Positions 29,564 through 38,736 of a stretch of DNA of 53,116 nucleotides are shown here, in pieces. Origin of the DNA: an uncultured Rubrivivax sp. (lineage in GTDB: Bacteria; Pseudomonadota; Gammaproteobacteria; Burkholderiales; Burkholderiaceae_C); the NCBI GenBank assembly GCA_964498795.1, contig CAZCJB010000003.1, positions 1,906 through 55,021 on the forward strand, written 5' to 3'. Position 1 is the stretch's first letter. Every line of letters starts with the position of its first letter. The notes under the pieces were generated by a model that saw only the letters and a list, made by a program, of their open reading frames with translations, did no database searches and was not told the origin of the DNA. The position numbers and the translations under genes are program-made.

Positions 29564-30535
29564 TCAGGCGAACATGTCATGCAGCTGGGGAGCCCCTAAA
29601 ACGCCCTGCCCGTGCGCACACTTCAATGCGGCAGCTCTCGAGGCCCACCTCAGAGCAGCTTCATCGGTCCATCCCTGTGCCAAGGCCACACCCAAGGCCC
29701 CATGAAACACATCGCCTGCCGCCGTCGTGTCCAACACAGGCCCCACCTGGCAAGCCGGCATGGACTGCACGGTTCCACCTTGTCGTTGCCACATCAACCC
29801 TTGGTCGCCCAAAGTCACCACGGCCACTTGAGCCCCTGCGCTCAGAGCTTGCGCCAACCCGTCAGCCAGTGTGTGACGGCGATCGGCGGTGGTCGAGGCT
29901 GCAGATTGGTACACCTCGAGGCCGGGTTCTGAAAAGACCGCCCACGCCGCCAAGCCCACCAAGGCTTCCAAATCTTCTTGGGGGGCCACGTCAGCGTCCA
30001 GAATCGAGAGCAGTCGACGAGATCGTGCATGCGCCAGCGCGTTCTGAGCCCAGGCTGTAAAGCGTGGGTCCGTCAAGACCACGTCTGCGCCGTCCAAGCA
30101 CGTAAGATCCAAAGGCCCCGCCTTCATCCCCGCGTCGCTGCGGTGACTGACGATAGTGCGTTCTCCGCGATGATCGACCAGGATCATCGACACCGAGTGT
30201 CTTGAACCGGGGATCGGCTTCAGACCTTTGGCGTCCACCCCCTCGCGTTTGAAATGTGCCAAGAATATTGGCAGAGACTCATCCTCACTCACGGGCGCGA
30301 CCATGGCTGCGTGGGCGCCCAACCTGGCCGCGGCCACCATGGCATTGGCCGTCATGCCTCCCACACCGCAACGGTAGTGTCGCGCCGTGACTTTGGTGGC
30401 TGCCGCCGGCAAGGTATCCACCTCAAAGAAGTGGTCTAAAGCGACATGACCCACCCCCACCACGCGAACGGCACGCCATGGCGTTGAAGTTGCACCAGCG
30501 GAGCCGCCAGCATCAGTGTCAAGGATTGGGTTCAT
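29564..30535 (-). CDS. PfkB family carbohydrate kinase
   Basis: GGMTANA.VAAARLG, VVTLG..G and DTTAAGDVFHGA motifs. Confidence 0.9.
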   Translation of the reverse strand: MNPILDTDAGGSAGATSTPWRAVRVVGVGHVALDHFFEVDTLPAAATKVTARHYRCGVGGMTANAMVAAARLGAHAAMVAPVSEDESLPIFLAHFKREGVDAKGLKPIPGSRHSVSMILVDHRGERTIVSHRSDAGMKAGPLDLTCLDGADVVLTDPRFTAWAQNALAHARSRRLLSILDADVAPQEDLEALVGLAAWAVFSEPGLEVYQSAASTTADRRHTLADGLAQALSAGAQVAVVTLGDQGLMWQRQGGTVQSMPACQVGPVLDTTAAGDVFHGALGVALAQGWTDEAALRWASRAAALKCAHGQGVLGAPQLHDMFA

Positions 30536-30599
30536 GCGACAGGGACGCTTTTCAAGACCTCGCAGGATATCGGGAATTGGATCTCCTTAGAATGCCTGC

Positions 30600-31568
30600 A
30601 TGCCCCGACGCGTCTGGCGACACGCCCGCAAGCAAGTCCACCGCCGAACTGCTCATCTGCCTCCCAACGCCCAAGGCGTGCTGTGGATGGTGGTGTCAGG
30701 CTTATTCTTTACAGTCCTCAACGCCGTGGCACGTGGTCTGTCGCTGCACTTCGATCCTTACCAGACACAATTTTTACGGTATTTTTTTGGCTTGTTGGTG
30801 CTGGTTCCCTGGATCTTGCATCTCGGGCCCGCGGCGTTCAAGCCGCAACACGTGGGCAGTCACTTTCTGCGCGGCGCTTTGCACACCGTGGGCCTTTGGA
30901 TGTGGTTTTCGGCGCTGCCTCAGATCCCCTTGGCGGACACCACCGCCATCGGCTTCACCGGCCCCATCTTCGTCATGCTGGGGGCCTACTGGTTGTTTCG
31001 TGAACCGATGCGATGGGAGCGGTGGCTGGCCACAGGGTTGGGATTCGCTGGGGTTTTGGTGGTCGTCTGGCCCAAGCTGTCTTTCATGCAAGCCATGAAC
31101 GGTGGGCAAGGAGGCGGGTATCACCTCATCATGCTCGCCTCGTCCCCAGTCTTTGCCGCGTCGTTCCTGGTCACCAAGGCCCAAACCCGGGTAGACACCC
31201 ACCGAACCATCTTGGTCTGGCAATGCCTGACCATTTCCGTGCTGAGCATGCCAGCCGCCTTGCTCGTGTGGAAAGCGCCAACCGCCGTCGAGTGGAGCTT
31301 GTTCTTGCTTTGTGGCGCCTTAGGAAGCATCGCCCACTATTGCCAGACCCGCGCCATCCACGTGGCAGATGTGGGCGCCACCCAATCGCCCAAATTCTTG
31401 GAGTTGGTCTGGGCGGCATGCTTAGGATGGATCGCCTTCGGTGATTCGCCTTCTCAAAGCACGCTGTTGGGTGGGTTGATCATCAGCGCCGCCACCCTGT
31501 GGGTGTCACGCCGTGAATCCAAGCAGCGATTCAGGCCCCCAGACCCACCGGCGCAGGTACCAAATTGA
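30600..31568 (+). CDS. DMT/EamA family transporter
   Basis: About 10 hydrophobic segments; PLA..TAI.FT.P.F and L.FG.P motifs. Confidence 0.88.
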   Translation: MPRRVWRHARKQVHRRTAHLPPNAQGVLWMVVSGLFFTVLNAVARGLSLHFDPYQTQFLRYFFGLLVLVPWILHLGPAAFKPQHVGSHFLRGALHTVGLWMWFSALPQIPLADTTAIGFTGPIFVMLGAYWLFREPMRWERWLATGLGFAGVLVVVWPKLSFMQAMNGGQGGGYHLIMLASSPVFAASFLVTKAQTRVDTHRTILVWQCLTISVLSMPAALLVWKAPTAVEWSLFLLCGALGSIAHYCQTRAIHVADVGATQSPKFLELVWAACLGWIAFGDSPSQSTLLGGLIISAATLWVSRRESKQRFRPPDPPAQVPN

Positions 31569-32109
31569 CAATCCGGGTGAACAATTCGCGGAAGTCGTCG
31601 TCAGGTGTGTGCCCAGTCAGCGGGTCCTGGTTGGCCAGGAAGGCCTCGTCCAACTCTTTCCAGTCTTGTTCCGTGAGAACCCGATCGGCCAAAGGCAGGA
31701 TGTGTTGTTCTTCCATGGCCATGTGGTGCAAATAGCTGTCCACATAAGTCTTGGCAAAGCTCTCAAAAGCGTCGCGGTGGGATTCGCCCATGACCTCATA
31801 GGCCAACAAGGCGTGTTCCAGGTCCCGCACCCGACGTTCGCTGCGGGCATGATCGTCTTCAAGCCTGTCCAAGATGTCGCGCACCTGGGGAGCCCGGGCT
31901 CTGACCTTGGGAAACAGCAGTTGCGACTCCAAGGGATGATGGCGCTTCTCTGGGAACTCATCCACGTAAAAAAGCATCGATCTCAAGGGCAGCAGGTCCG
32001 GCTTTTGATGCTGCCTGCGGCATTGCCCCAGTAGCAGGAGCAGGCTGCGCAGCATGGCGGCCAGGGCCGCATGTTCTTCAATGATTATTTTCCGGGCAGG
32101 GTGGGTCAT
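31531..32109 (-). CDS. Hemerythrin/HHE cation-binding domain protein
   Basis: EH, HH..E..LFP, DH and HM..EE..ILP motifs. Confidence 0.9.
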   Translation of the reverse strand: MTHPARKIIIEEHAALAAMLRSLLLLLGQCRRQHQKPDLLPLRSMLFYVDEFPEKRHHPLESQLLFPKVRARAPQVRDILDRLEDDHARSERRVRDLEHALLAYEVMGESHRDAFESFAKTYVDSYLHHMAMEEQHILPLADRVLTEQDWKELDEAFLANQDPLTGHTPDDDFRELFTRIVNLVPAPVGLGA

Positions 32110-32159
32110 CCGAGTCTCCAGCAGTACTCCCAGGTTCCCACACAGGTGACCCTTGGCAC

Positions 32160-32173
32160 TTGTCGCAGATCAA
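32160..32173 (-). promoter_or_regulatory. FNR/FixK box (TTGTC-N4-ATCAA)
   Basis: 8/10 match about 50 bp upstream of the hemerythrin gene. Confidence 0.6.
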
Positions 32174-32194
32174 ACCCTGCGCGTCAGCGACAGG

Positions 32195-32905
32195 TCAGCG
32201 CAAGGACAGGCTTGGGAGGAGGGCCCTGAGCCGTTCCATCAAGTCTGGTGACGGGAAGTCAGGATCCACCACGGGCAAAGCGCCGTGGCACTGGGGGGCG
32301 CGAGCCCTCTGGATCACCCAATGTGGGGCGCCTCGCGCGGCCAAGCTCCGCGCGGTGCGTTCGAGCGAGGCTGTATCGGACCAGCTGGGATGCACCGTGG
32401 TGCGGCATTCGAACGCGACACCACTTTGACGCAACACGTATAGGCTCTGCCGAACGGCCCAAGCGCTTTGAGCGACACCCGTCACTCGGTCGTAGTCGGT
32501 GTCATCGTCCAAAGACGCTTTGATGTCCAAGCCCACCCAGTCGAGCTGGCTTGACACCTTGCGCAGTCGATCCCAGTACATCCCGGCGGTGTGCATCGCT
32601 ACTTGGAAGCCCAAGGCTTTGACTTGCATCACCGCTTGCGGCAAGCAGGGGTCCACCAACGGCTCGCCCCCTGAAAACACCACCGAGTCCAGAAGGCCGC
32701 GCCGAGCCTCTAGCCAGGACAAAACCTGATCCCAAGCCCGCTGCTTTGAGGAGGCACCATGATGGCGCGACTGCAAATGGGGGTTATGGCAGTAGCCACA
32801 GCGCCATGGACACCCTTGCACGAACACGACAGCCGCCAGATGGCCGGGATGATCCACTGAGCTGAAAGGCACCCAACCCCCGATCCGCAATGATCGATGG
32901 CTCAC
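32195..32905 (-). CDS. nrdG: Anaerobic ribonucleotide reductase activating radical SAM protein
   Basis: GCPWRCGYCHN (CxxxCxxC) and FSGGEP motifs; GTG start overlaps the upstream TGA. Confidence 0.92.
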   Translation of the reverse strand: MSHRSLRIGGWVPFSSVDHPGHLAAVVFVQGCPWRCGYCHNPHLQSRHHGASSKQRAWDQVLSWLEARRGLLDSVVFSGGEPLVDPCLPQAVMQVKALGFQVAMHTAGMYWDRLRKVSSQLDWVGLDIKASLDDDTDYDRVTGVAQSAWAVRQSLYVLRQSGVAFECRTTVHPSWSDTASLERTARSLAARGAPHWVIQRARAPQCHGALPVVDPDFPSPDLMERLRALLPSLSLR

Positions 32906-33111
32906 GTCAATGCAGCACGCGATTCCACAAAACACACCCGCTCGGCAAACTCCCCTTGTTTGCCGATGTTGAACGACGCGACAGGACGGTGATAGCCCAT
33001 CACACGGGTCCAGATTTCACAGCGTTGTCGCTCATCGTCTCGCAGCGCTATGCGCGGCTGCTCCGCACAGGGTAGCTCCGAGGTCTCCAACATTTCCAGG
33101 GCTTGCGACAT
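32902..33111 (-). CDS. Stand-alone NrdD C-terminal glycyl-radical domain peptide (69 aa)
   Basis: CEIWTRVMGYHRPV..FN.GK..EF.ER; own AAGGAG RBS. Confidence 0.88.
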   Translation of the reverse strand: MSQALEMLETSELPCAEQPRIALRDDERQRCEIWTRVMGYHRPVASFNIGKQGEFAERVCFVESRAALT

Positions 33112-33143
33112 GGTTCTTCTCCTTGCAAAAGGGGTGACAAATT

Positions 33144-35159
33144 TCAAGCGGGCAGCCCGTGCGCTCGATGCTTGGCGGCCAGGCGCTCCGCATCGCACTT
33201 GGGGCAAAACTCGTGATGGCCGCCCAAATAGCCATGGGTGGGGCAGATGGAAAATGTGGGCGTCACGGTGATATAAGGCAAGCGAAAGGTGGTCAATGCA
33301 CGCCGCACCAGTTCACGGCAGGCGCCGGCGCTGGACAGGGGCTCATTCATGTACAGATGCAGCACCGTGCCACCGGTGTACTTGCGCTGCAGCTCTTCTT
33401 GACGCTCGAGTGCCTCGAACGGATCGTCGGTAAACCCCACGGGCAGTTGTGAGGAGTTGGTGTAGTACGGGCGCTCGGGTGTGCCCGCCTGCAAGATCTT
33501 GGGGAATCGCTTCTTGTCCTCTTTGGCAAATCGGTATGTAGTGCCTTCAGCTGGTGTGGCCTCTAGGTTGTAGAGATGCCCCGTCTCCTCCTGGAACTCC
33601 ACCATGCGTTGACGCACATGATCCAACAAGCGCACCGCCAGCGCATGGCCTTGCGCATGAGTGATGTCGATGTGCCCTTGCGTGAAATTGCGCACCATTT
33701 CATTGATGCCGTTCACACCCAAGGTGGAGAAGTGATTGCGCAACGTCCCCAGATAACGTTTGGTGTAGGGGAAGAGCCCCTGATCCATCAAGCGTTGAAT
33801 GAGTTTTCGCTTGATCTCCAGCGACTGCTTGCCCATTTCAAGCAAGTCGTCCAATCGAGCCATGAGGCCAGCTTCATCACCGGGAAACAAATAACCTAAG
33901 CGCGCGCAATTGATGGTGACCACGCCCACGGACCCGGTTTGTTCGGCCGAACCAAAGAGGCCATTGCCACGCTTGAGCAGCTCACGCAGATCCAATTGCA
34001 AGCGGCAGCACATGCTACGCACCATGTGAGGCTGCAACTCACTATTCACAAAGTTTTGAAAGTAAGGCAAGCCATAGCGAGCTGTCATCTCGAACAGGGC
34101 TTGGGCGTTGTCGCTCGTCCAGTTGAAATCTCGGGTGATGTTGTAGGTGGGTATGGGGAAGGTAAAAGTTCTCCCTCTGGTGTCACCGGCCATCATCACG
34201 TCGATGTAAGCGCGGTTGATCATGTCCATCTCGGCCTGAAGTTCACCGTAAGTAAACGGCATTTCCTGCCCACCGATCACCGGCACCTGGTCGCGCAGGT
34301 CTTCGGGGCACACCCAATCAAAGGTGAGATTGGTGAAGGGCGTTTGCGTGCCCCAACGTGAAGGCACATTGAGGTTGTATATCAGCTCTTGAATGCACTG
34401 CCTCACGGCCTCATAGCCCAACTGGTCTTTGCGCACATAGGGTGCCAGGTAAGTGTCAAAAGAACTGAAGGCCTGCGCGCCGGCCCATTCATTTTGCAAG
34501 GTCCCCAGAAAATTCACCATCTGCCCGACCGCACTCGACAGGTGCTTGGGGGGCGCAGACTCCACCTTGCCGGGCACGCCATTGAAGCCCTCATGCAGCA
34601 AGGTACGCAACGACCACCCAGCACAGTAGCCGCTGAGCATGTCCAAGTCGTGGATGTGCAAGTCGGCTTCCCGATGCGCTTTGCCGACCTCAGGCGCATA
34701 GACATGGTCCAGCCAGTAATTGGCAATCACTTTGCCTGACACGTTCAAAATCAGGCCACCCAACGAAAACCCTTGGTTGGCGTTGGCGTTGACACGCCAA
34801 TCTTGCCGCTGCAGGTACTCGGAGACGGAAGACTCCACATCGACCGTGGTGCGACGGCTCTCGCGCAACTTGCGGTGCTGGTCGCGGTACAGCACAAAGG
34901 CGCGCAAGGTTTGGCGATGCCCCGCCTCAAACAGTGCCGCTTCCACGGCATCTTGAATTTGTTCCACATGGGGAAGAACGCGCCCGGCAGCTTGCAGGCT
35001 TGGCACCACCACGTCCCGTGTCAAACGCTGCGCCTGTGCGGCATCCAGCTCGCCCGAGGCCTGGCCTGCACGACGTATGGCGCTTTCGATCTTTCCAGTC
35101 TCAAACGGGCGCAGCCCTCCGTCACGCTTGATGACCTGCGCCGCTACCGCCAGACTCAT
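33144..35159 (-). CDS. nrdD: Class III (anaerobic) ribonucleoside-triphosphate reductase, large subunit with ATP-cone
   Basis: VIKRDG ATP-cone; HIHDL, GYC, SMCCRL, EATPAE and YTGGT motifs; C-terminal CPTH..CPKC Zn site; no RVxGY motif. Confidence 0.93.
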   Translation of the reverse strand: MSLAVAAQVIKRDGGLRPFETGKIESAIRRAGQASGELDAAQAQRLTRDVVVPSLQAAGRVLPHVEQIQDAVEAALFEAGHRQTLRAFVLYRDQHRKLRESRRTTVDVESSVSEYLQRQDWRVNANANQGFSLGGLILNVSGKVIANYWLDHVYAPEVGKAHREADLHIHDLDMLSGYCAGWSLRTLLHEGFNGVPGKVESAPPKHLSSAVGQMVNFLGTLQNEWAGAQAFSSFDTYLAPYVRKDQLGYEAVRQCIQELIYNLNVPSRWGTQTPFTNLTFDWVCPEDLRDQVPVIGGQEMPFTYGELQAEMDMINRAYIDVMMAGDTRGRTFTFPIPTYNITRDFNWTSDNAQALFEMTARYGLPYFQNFVNSELQPHMVRSMCCRLQLDLRELLKRGNGLFGSAEQTGSVGVVTINCARLGYLFPGDEAGLMARLDDLLEMGKQSLEIKRKLIQRLMDQGLFPYTKRYLGTLRNHFSTLGVNGINEMVRNFTQGHIDITHAQGHALAVRLLDHVRQRMVEFQEETGHLYNLEATPAEGTTYRFAKEDKKRFPKILQAGTPERPYYTNSSQLPVGFTDDPFEALERQEELQRKYTGGTVLHLYMNEPLSSAGACRELVRRALTTFRLPYITVTPTFSICPTHGYLGGHHEFCPKCDAERLAAKHRAHGLPA

Positions 35160-35183
35160 GTTGACCTTTCTGCGTCCAAGCAG

Positions 35184-35231
35184 ACGCTACCTATAGTGTG
35201 TTTTATCGCGGTTAGGCACTATAGGTAGAGT
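35184..35231. promoter_or_regulatory. Tandem NrdR boxes
   Basis: ACGCTACCTATAGTGT (35184-35199) and GCACTATAGGTAGAGT (35216-35231), offset 32 bp, resembling acaCwAtATaTwGtgt, directly upstream of nrdD. Confidence 0.8.
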
Positions 35232-35266
35232 CCACACGCATGAACAGACCTTGCCTCACTCGACGA

Positions 35267-35280
35267 TTGATCTGGGTCAA
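35267..35280 (-). promoter_or_regulatory. FNR box (TTGAT-N4-GTCAA)
   Basis: 9/10 match upstream of the NrdR boxes and nrdD. Confidence 0.8.
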
Positions 35281-35293
35281 TCCCAAAGAAGAT

Positions 35294-36544
35294 TCAGCTG
35301 CTTTCGCTGGCCATGGGGGTGCCCAAGGGCACGCCCGGCGTCAGCAATCGCTCGATCAGGGCACGGACTGTTCCAATTTGTTGGCCAAAAGGCAGATCAC
35401 CCACTCCCCGGAAAAACAGTCCTCGCTGGATGTCACCCTGCACGGCGCAGGCCAAGCGCTGATCAATGCAAAACTGGCCCCAACCCACCAACCCGTCGCG
35501 CAAGCCGCATTGGGCCAGACAGTCCCAAGACAGGGTGCAACGCGCTTTTTGCTGCACCTTGGCCTGCAAGCGTTCCTGCACGCGCAGATACTTGTCTAAC
35601 CACGGGGTGCGCACGGCGCGCGCAGGCAAGCCTGCCACGCTGGTGAATTCCACCAAGTCCTCGCTGCGGGCACCTGCCAACACGTCTTTGAAAGCTGGGT
35701 CGGCATCACATTCTTGCGTGGCAACAAATGGCGTGCCGAGTTGCACACCCGCAGCCCCCAAGGATTGCACCCTCAAAATGTCCTCAAAGGTGCGAATGCC
35801 TCCCGCCACAATGATCGGCACCTCGCGTTCGATGCCGGCACCGCGCAAGAACTCCATGGTCTGCGGCACCACGTTTTCAAAGTCGAAACGCGGATCCTCC
35901 AAGTCACTGATTTTGGCGGCTCCGAGGTGTCCACCCGCCCAGCGGGGGTGTTCGATGACGATGGCATCGGGCAAGCGCTGCTTGCGCTCCCATTTCTTCA
36001 CCACCAGGGCCACTCCGCGGGCGTCGGAGAGGATGGGAATGAGGGCCACCTGGGGAAAGTCTCTGCCCAGATCGGGCAAATCCAACGGCAACCCCGCTCC
36101 CACCACCACCGCATCGATGCCACTGGCCATCGCACGCGTGACCGAGACGGCGTAGTCCGTGACCGCCCGCATCACATTGATGGCCAACAACCCTCGACCT
36201 TGCGCAATCGCCTGGGCTCCCCGAATCTCACGCTCCAGGGCTTCCAGGTTGGCCGCCGAAATCTCTCGGCGCGCCAATTTCAAGTCAGCACTCGAATGCA
36301 AGTGTTGGGTTCGCTCCATCAGGTCCGGGTGATGCCGACGCAAATCCACCGAAGACAGCGTGCCCACCCCTCCCTGAGCCGCCACCGACCCTGCCAGCCG
36401 GTGAGCCGAGATGCCCACACCCATGCCACCCTGCACGATGGGCAACAACTCGCGCCCGGCCAAGCGCAAGTGCTTCAAGCCCAGGGTGATCAGGCGGCTC
36501 GCCCACCGAGACGGCGTATCGGAGATCAAGGGATTTTCAAGCAT
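35294..36544 (-). CDS. Nitronate monooxygenase family flavoprotein, FabX/UfaA-like
   Basis: PIVQGGMGVGIS, GAGLP, AGGHLG, AGGI and VQLGT.F motifs; C-terminal C-x5-C-x3-C...FC cysteine cluster. Confidence 0.85.
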   Translation of the reverse strand: MLENPLISDTPSRWASRLITLGLKHLRLAGRELLPIVQGGMGVGISAHRLAGSVAAQGGVGTLSSVDLRRHHPDLMERTQHLHSSADLKLARREISAANLEALEREIRGAQAIAQGRGLLAINVMRAVTDYAVSVTRAMASGIDAVVVGAGLPLDLPDLGRDFPQVALIPILSDARGVALVVKKWERKQRLPDAIVIEHPRWAGGHLGAAKISDLEDPRFDFENVVPQTMEFLRGAGIEREVPIIVAGGIRTFEDILRVQSLGAAGVQLGTPFVATQECDADPAFKDVLAGARSEDLVEFTSVAGLPARAVRTPWLDKYLRVQERLQAKVQQKARCTLSWDCLAQCGLRDGLVGWGQFCIDQRLACAVQGDIQRGLFFRGVGDLPFGQQIGTVRALIERLLTPGVPLGTPMASESS

Positions 36545-36563
36545 GAATCAGTCACCCGCTGCA

Positions 36564-36634
36564 TTGCGCAGAGTCAATGAACAAGGGTCGCCACCATACG
36601 CGGCGAGCCGAGTGCTTCATTTGCCCCAGATCAG
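36564..36634 (-). promoter_or_regulatory. Two FNR-like boxes (TTGCG-N4-GTCAA at 36564-36577; TTGCC-N4-ATCAG at 36621-36634)
   Basis: Each is a 7/10 match, in the gap upstream of the FabX-like gene. Confidence 0.45.
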
Positions 36635-36693
36635 AAAAGTCCCAACCAAGCCCCTCATTGAGCCCGGGTTCAGGGATCGTCCACAATCGCGTC

Positions 36694-37887
36694 ATGGTTG
36701 AATGCTCGTACTTGGCCGAACCCACCCCATCGCCTCGTCCCCTGGAGGGCGTGAAAGTGGTCGAGTTCTGCCAGATCGCTTCAGGGCCTTTTTGCGGCAT
36801 GTTGCTGGCGGACTTTGGCGCGGAAGTGATCAAGGTCGAGCCTCCTGAGGGCGACGCCATGCGCACTTGGCCTCCGCTGTCTCAGGGCTACAGCGAGAAC
36901 TTCGCCAGCCTCAACCGGGGCAAGCAGTCCATCGCCTTGGACCTGAAGCAAGCGCAAGACTTGGAATGCGCACGTCAGCTGGTGTTGCAGGCCGATGTGC
37001 TGGTGGAAAACAGCCGCCCTGGGGCCATGCAGCGCTTGGGCCTGGGGTGGGATTGGTTTGGGTCGCGCAAGCCGAGCCTGATCTACTGCTCGATTTCAGC
37101 GTACGGGCAAGATGGTCCGCGCGGCACCGAGGGCGGCTTTGACCTGACCATTCAAGCCGCTGCTGGGGTGATGAGCGTGACGGGAGAGCCCGATGGTCCA
37201 CCCGTGAAAGCTGGCGTCCCGTTGGCTGACTTCGCTTCGGGCCTCTATGCCGCCTACACCATCGCTTCTCTGTTGGCACGGGTCCGTGCGGGAGGGCCAG
37301 GTGGTCAAATTGACGTGCCCATGTTCGCTGCCACGCTGGGCATTTCAGCGCTGCAAACCAGCGAATACTTTGGCAATGGCCGCAACCCACGCAAATTGGG
37401 TTCTGCGCACCCACGCAATGCCCCGTACCAAGCCTATGCGGCCCGAGACGGCTGGTTCGCGATCGCGGCCGGCAACAACAAGCTCTGGCAGCAGGTGTGC
37501 ACGGTCGTGGGCACTCCCGAGCTGCTGGCAGATCACCGGTTTACGTCGCCCACCTTGCGTGCGGCGCATCAGACCGAACTCAAAGCGCTTCTTGACCCAC
37601 GCTTTGCGAAGCGCACCGCCGCCCACTGGCTTCAGGCGTTTGCCGCCGTGGGCGTGCCCTGCGCACCCATCAACGGCTACGCGGAGGCCCTGGAGGACCC
37701 CCAGGCGCTGCACTTGCAACTGGTGCAGTCCCAAACCTTGCCCAATGGTCACGTCACCCGGACCGTGGTCTGCCCGGTTCGCATCGATGGGCAGGTACTG
37801 GCCGTGAACACCACCCCGCCCGAATTGAACGCCGACGCTCAGCGACTCAAGTCCGCGCTCAATGCCCCGCGAACTCCACCAGCGTGA
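36694..37887 (+). CDS. CaiB/BaiF family III CoA-transferase
   Basis: [36 protein letters not shown] and GFD motifs. Confidence 0.92.
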   Translation: MVECSYLAEPTPSPRPLEGVKVVEFCQIASGPFCGMLLADFGAEVIKVEPPEGDAMRTWPPLSQGYSENFASLNRGKQSIALDLKQAQDLECARQLVLQADVLVENSRPGAMQRLGLGWDWFGSRKPSLIYCSISAYGQDGPRGTEGGFDLTIQAAAGVMSVTGEPDGPPVKAGVPLADFASGLYAAYTIASLLARVRAGGPGGQIDVPMFAATLGISALQTSEYFGNGRNPRKLGSAHPRNAPYQAYAARDGWFAIAAGNNKLWQQVCTVVGTPELLADHRFTSPTLRAAHQTELKALLDPRFAKRTAAHWLQAFAAVGVPCAPINGYAEALEDPQALHLQLVQSQTLPNGHVTRTVVCPVRIDGQVLAVNTTPPELNADAQRLKSALNAPRTPPA

Positions 37888-38407
37888 ACAGATTCAGTCC
37901 GGCATCGCGCAGCCGCTTGGAGCCTCCCAGCTCGGGCAAATCCACAATCGCAGCGCCCTCGATCACCTCGGCACCCAGCCGCTCCAACAAATTGCGGCCT
38001 GCCATCATCGTACCGCCCGTGGCGATGAGATCGTCGATCAACACCACGCGGTCGCCAGGCTGGACTGCATCCGTGTGCAGTTCCACGCTGGCACTGCCAT
38101 ATTCGAGTTCATAAGTCTCTTCCACCGTGGTGAAGGGAAGCTTGCCCTTCTTGCGGATGGGCACGAAACCCACATTGAGCTCGTAGGCCAACACCGCCCC
38201 CATGATGAAGCCCCGCGCATCCAAACCCGCAATGGCATCGGGTCGTGCATCGAAGTACCGGTGCACAAACTGGTCTATCAGCACCCGAAAGACCCTGGGC
38301 GTGGACAGCAATGGGGTGATGTCCCTAAACTGCACGCCGGCACTGGGCCAATCGGGCACCGTGCGGATGTGGGCGCGAATGATGTCCACGGCAGATTCGG
38401 TATTCAT
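37859..38407 (-). CDS. apt: Adenine phosphoribosyltransferase
   Basis: [24 protein letters not shown] and [10 protein letters not shown] motifs. Confidence 0.97.
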   Translation of the reverse strand: MNTESAVDIIRAHIRTVPDWPSAGVQFRDITPLLSTPRVFRVLIDQFVHRYFDARPDAIAGLDARGFIMGAVLAYELNVGFVPIRKKGKLPFTTVEETYELEYGSASVELHTDAVQPGDRVVLIDDLIATGGTMMAGRNLLERLGAEVIEGAAIVDLPELGGSKRLRDAGLNLFTLVEFAGH

Positions 38408-38460
38408 GGCTTTCAGCTCAGTTCAGATGGATCACGTCAGGATAAAGGAGAACTCTCACC

Positions 38461-38730
38461 ATGGACTTTGACACGTTTGCGGCTCAATCCCGCGCCCAAG
38501 GTTACGACGAAGTGCTGGTGCGCGAATGGGAACCCCACCACGTGACCCCAGAACACACCCACCCCTTTGACGTCCATGCCGTCGTGGTGCAGGGCGAGTT
38601 CTGGCTGGTGGCCCAAGGCACCACCCGTCACGTGAAGACGGGAGACACCTTTGACCTCGCGCGCGACATGCCCCACCAAGAGCGCTATGGACCCCAAGGC
38701 GCCATTTTTTGGGCGGCACGCAAGCATTGA
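38461..38730 (+). CDS. Small cupin-domain protein
   Basis: H.HPF, GD.F.L and PH.E.YG cupin motifs; AAGGAG RBS. Confidence 0.8.
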   Translation: MDFDTFAAQSRAQGYDEVLVREWEPHHVTPEHTHPFDVHAVVVQGEFWLVAQGTTRHVKTGDTFDLARDMPHQERYGPQGAIFWAARKH

Positions 38731-38736
38731 TACGTC

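Noticed and set aside
33100-33210. nrdD as a frameshifted pseudogene
   Set aside because: The small ORF has its own strong RBS and ATG and is coupled to nrdG, and the regulatory sites are intact, which fits a functional split gene. Read-level confirmation is still advisable.
15501-36634. Mobile genomic island or prophage
   Set aside because: No integrase, transposase, phage structural genes or flanking direct repeats were found by eye.
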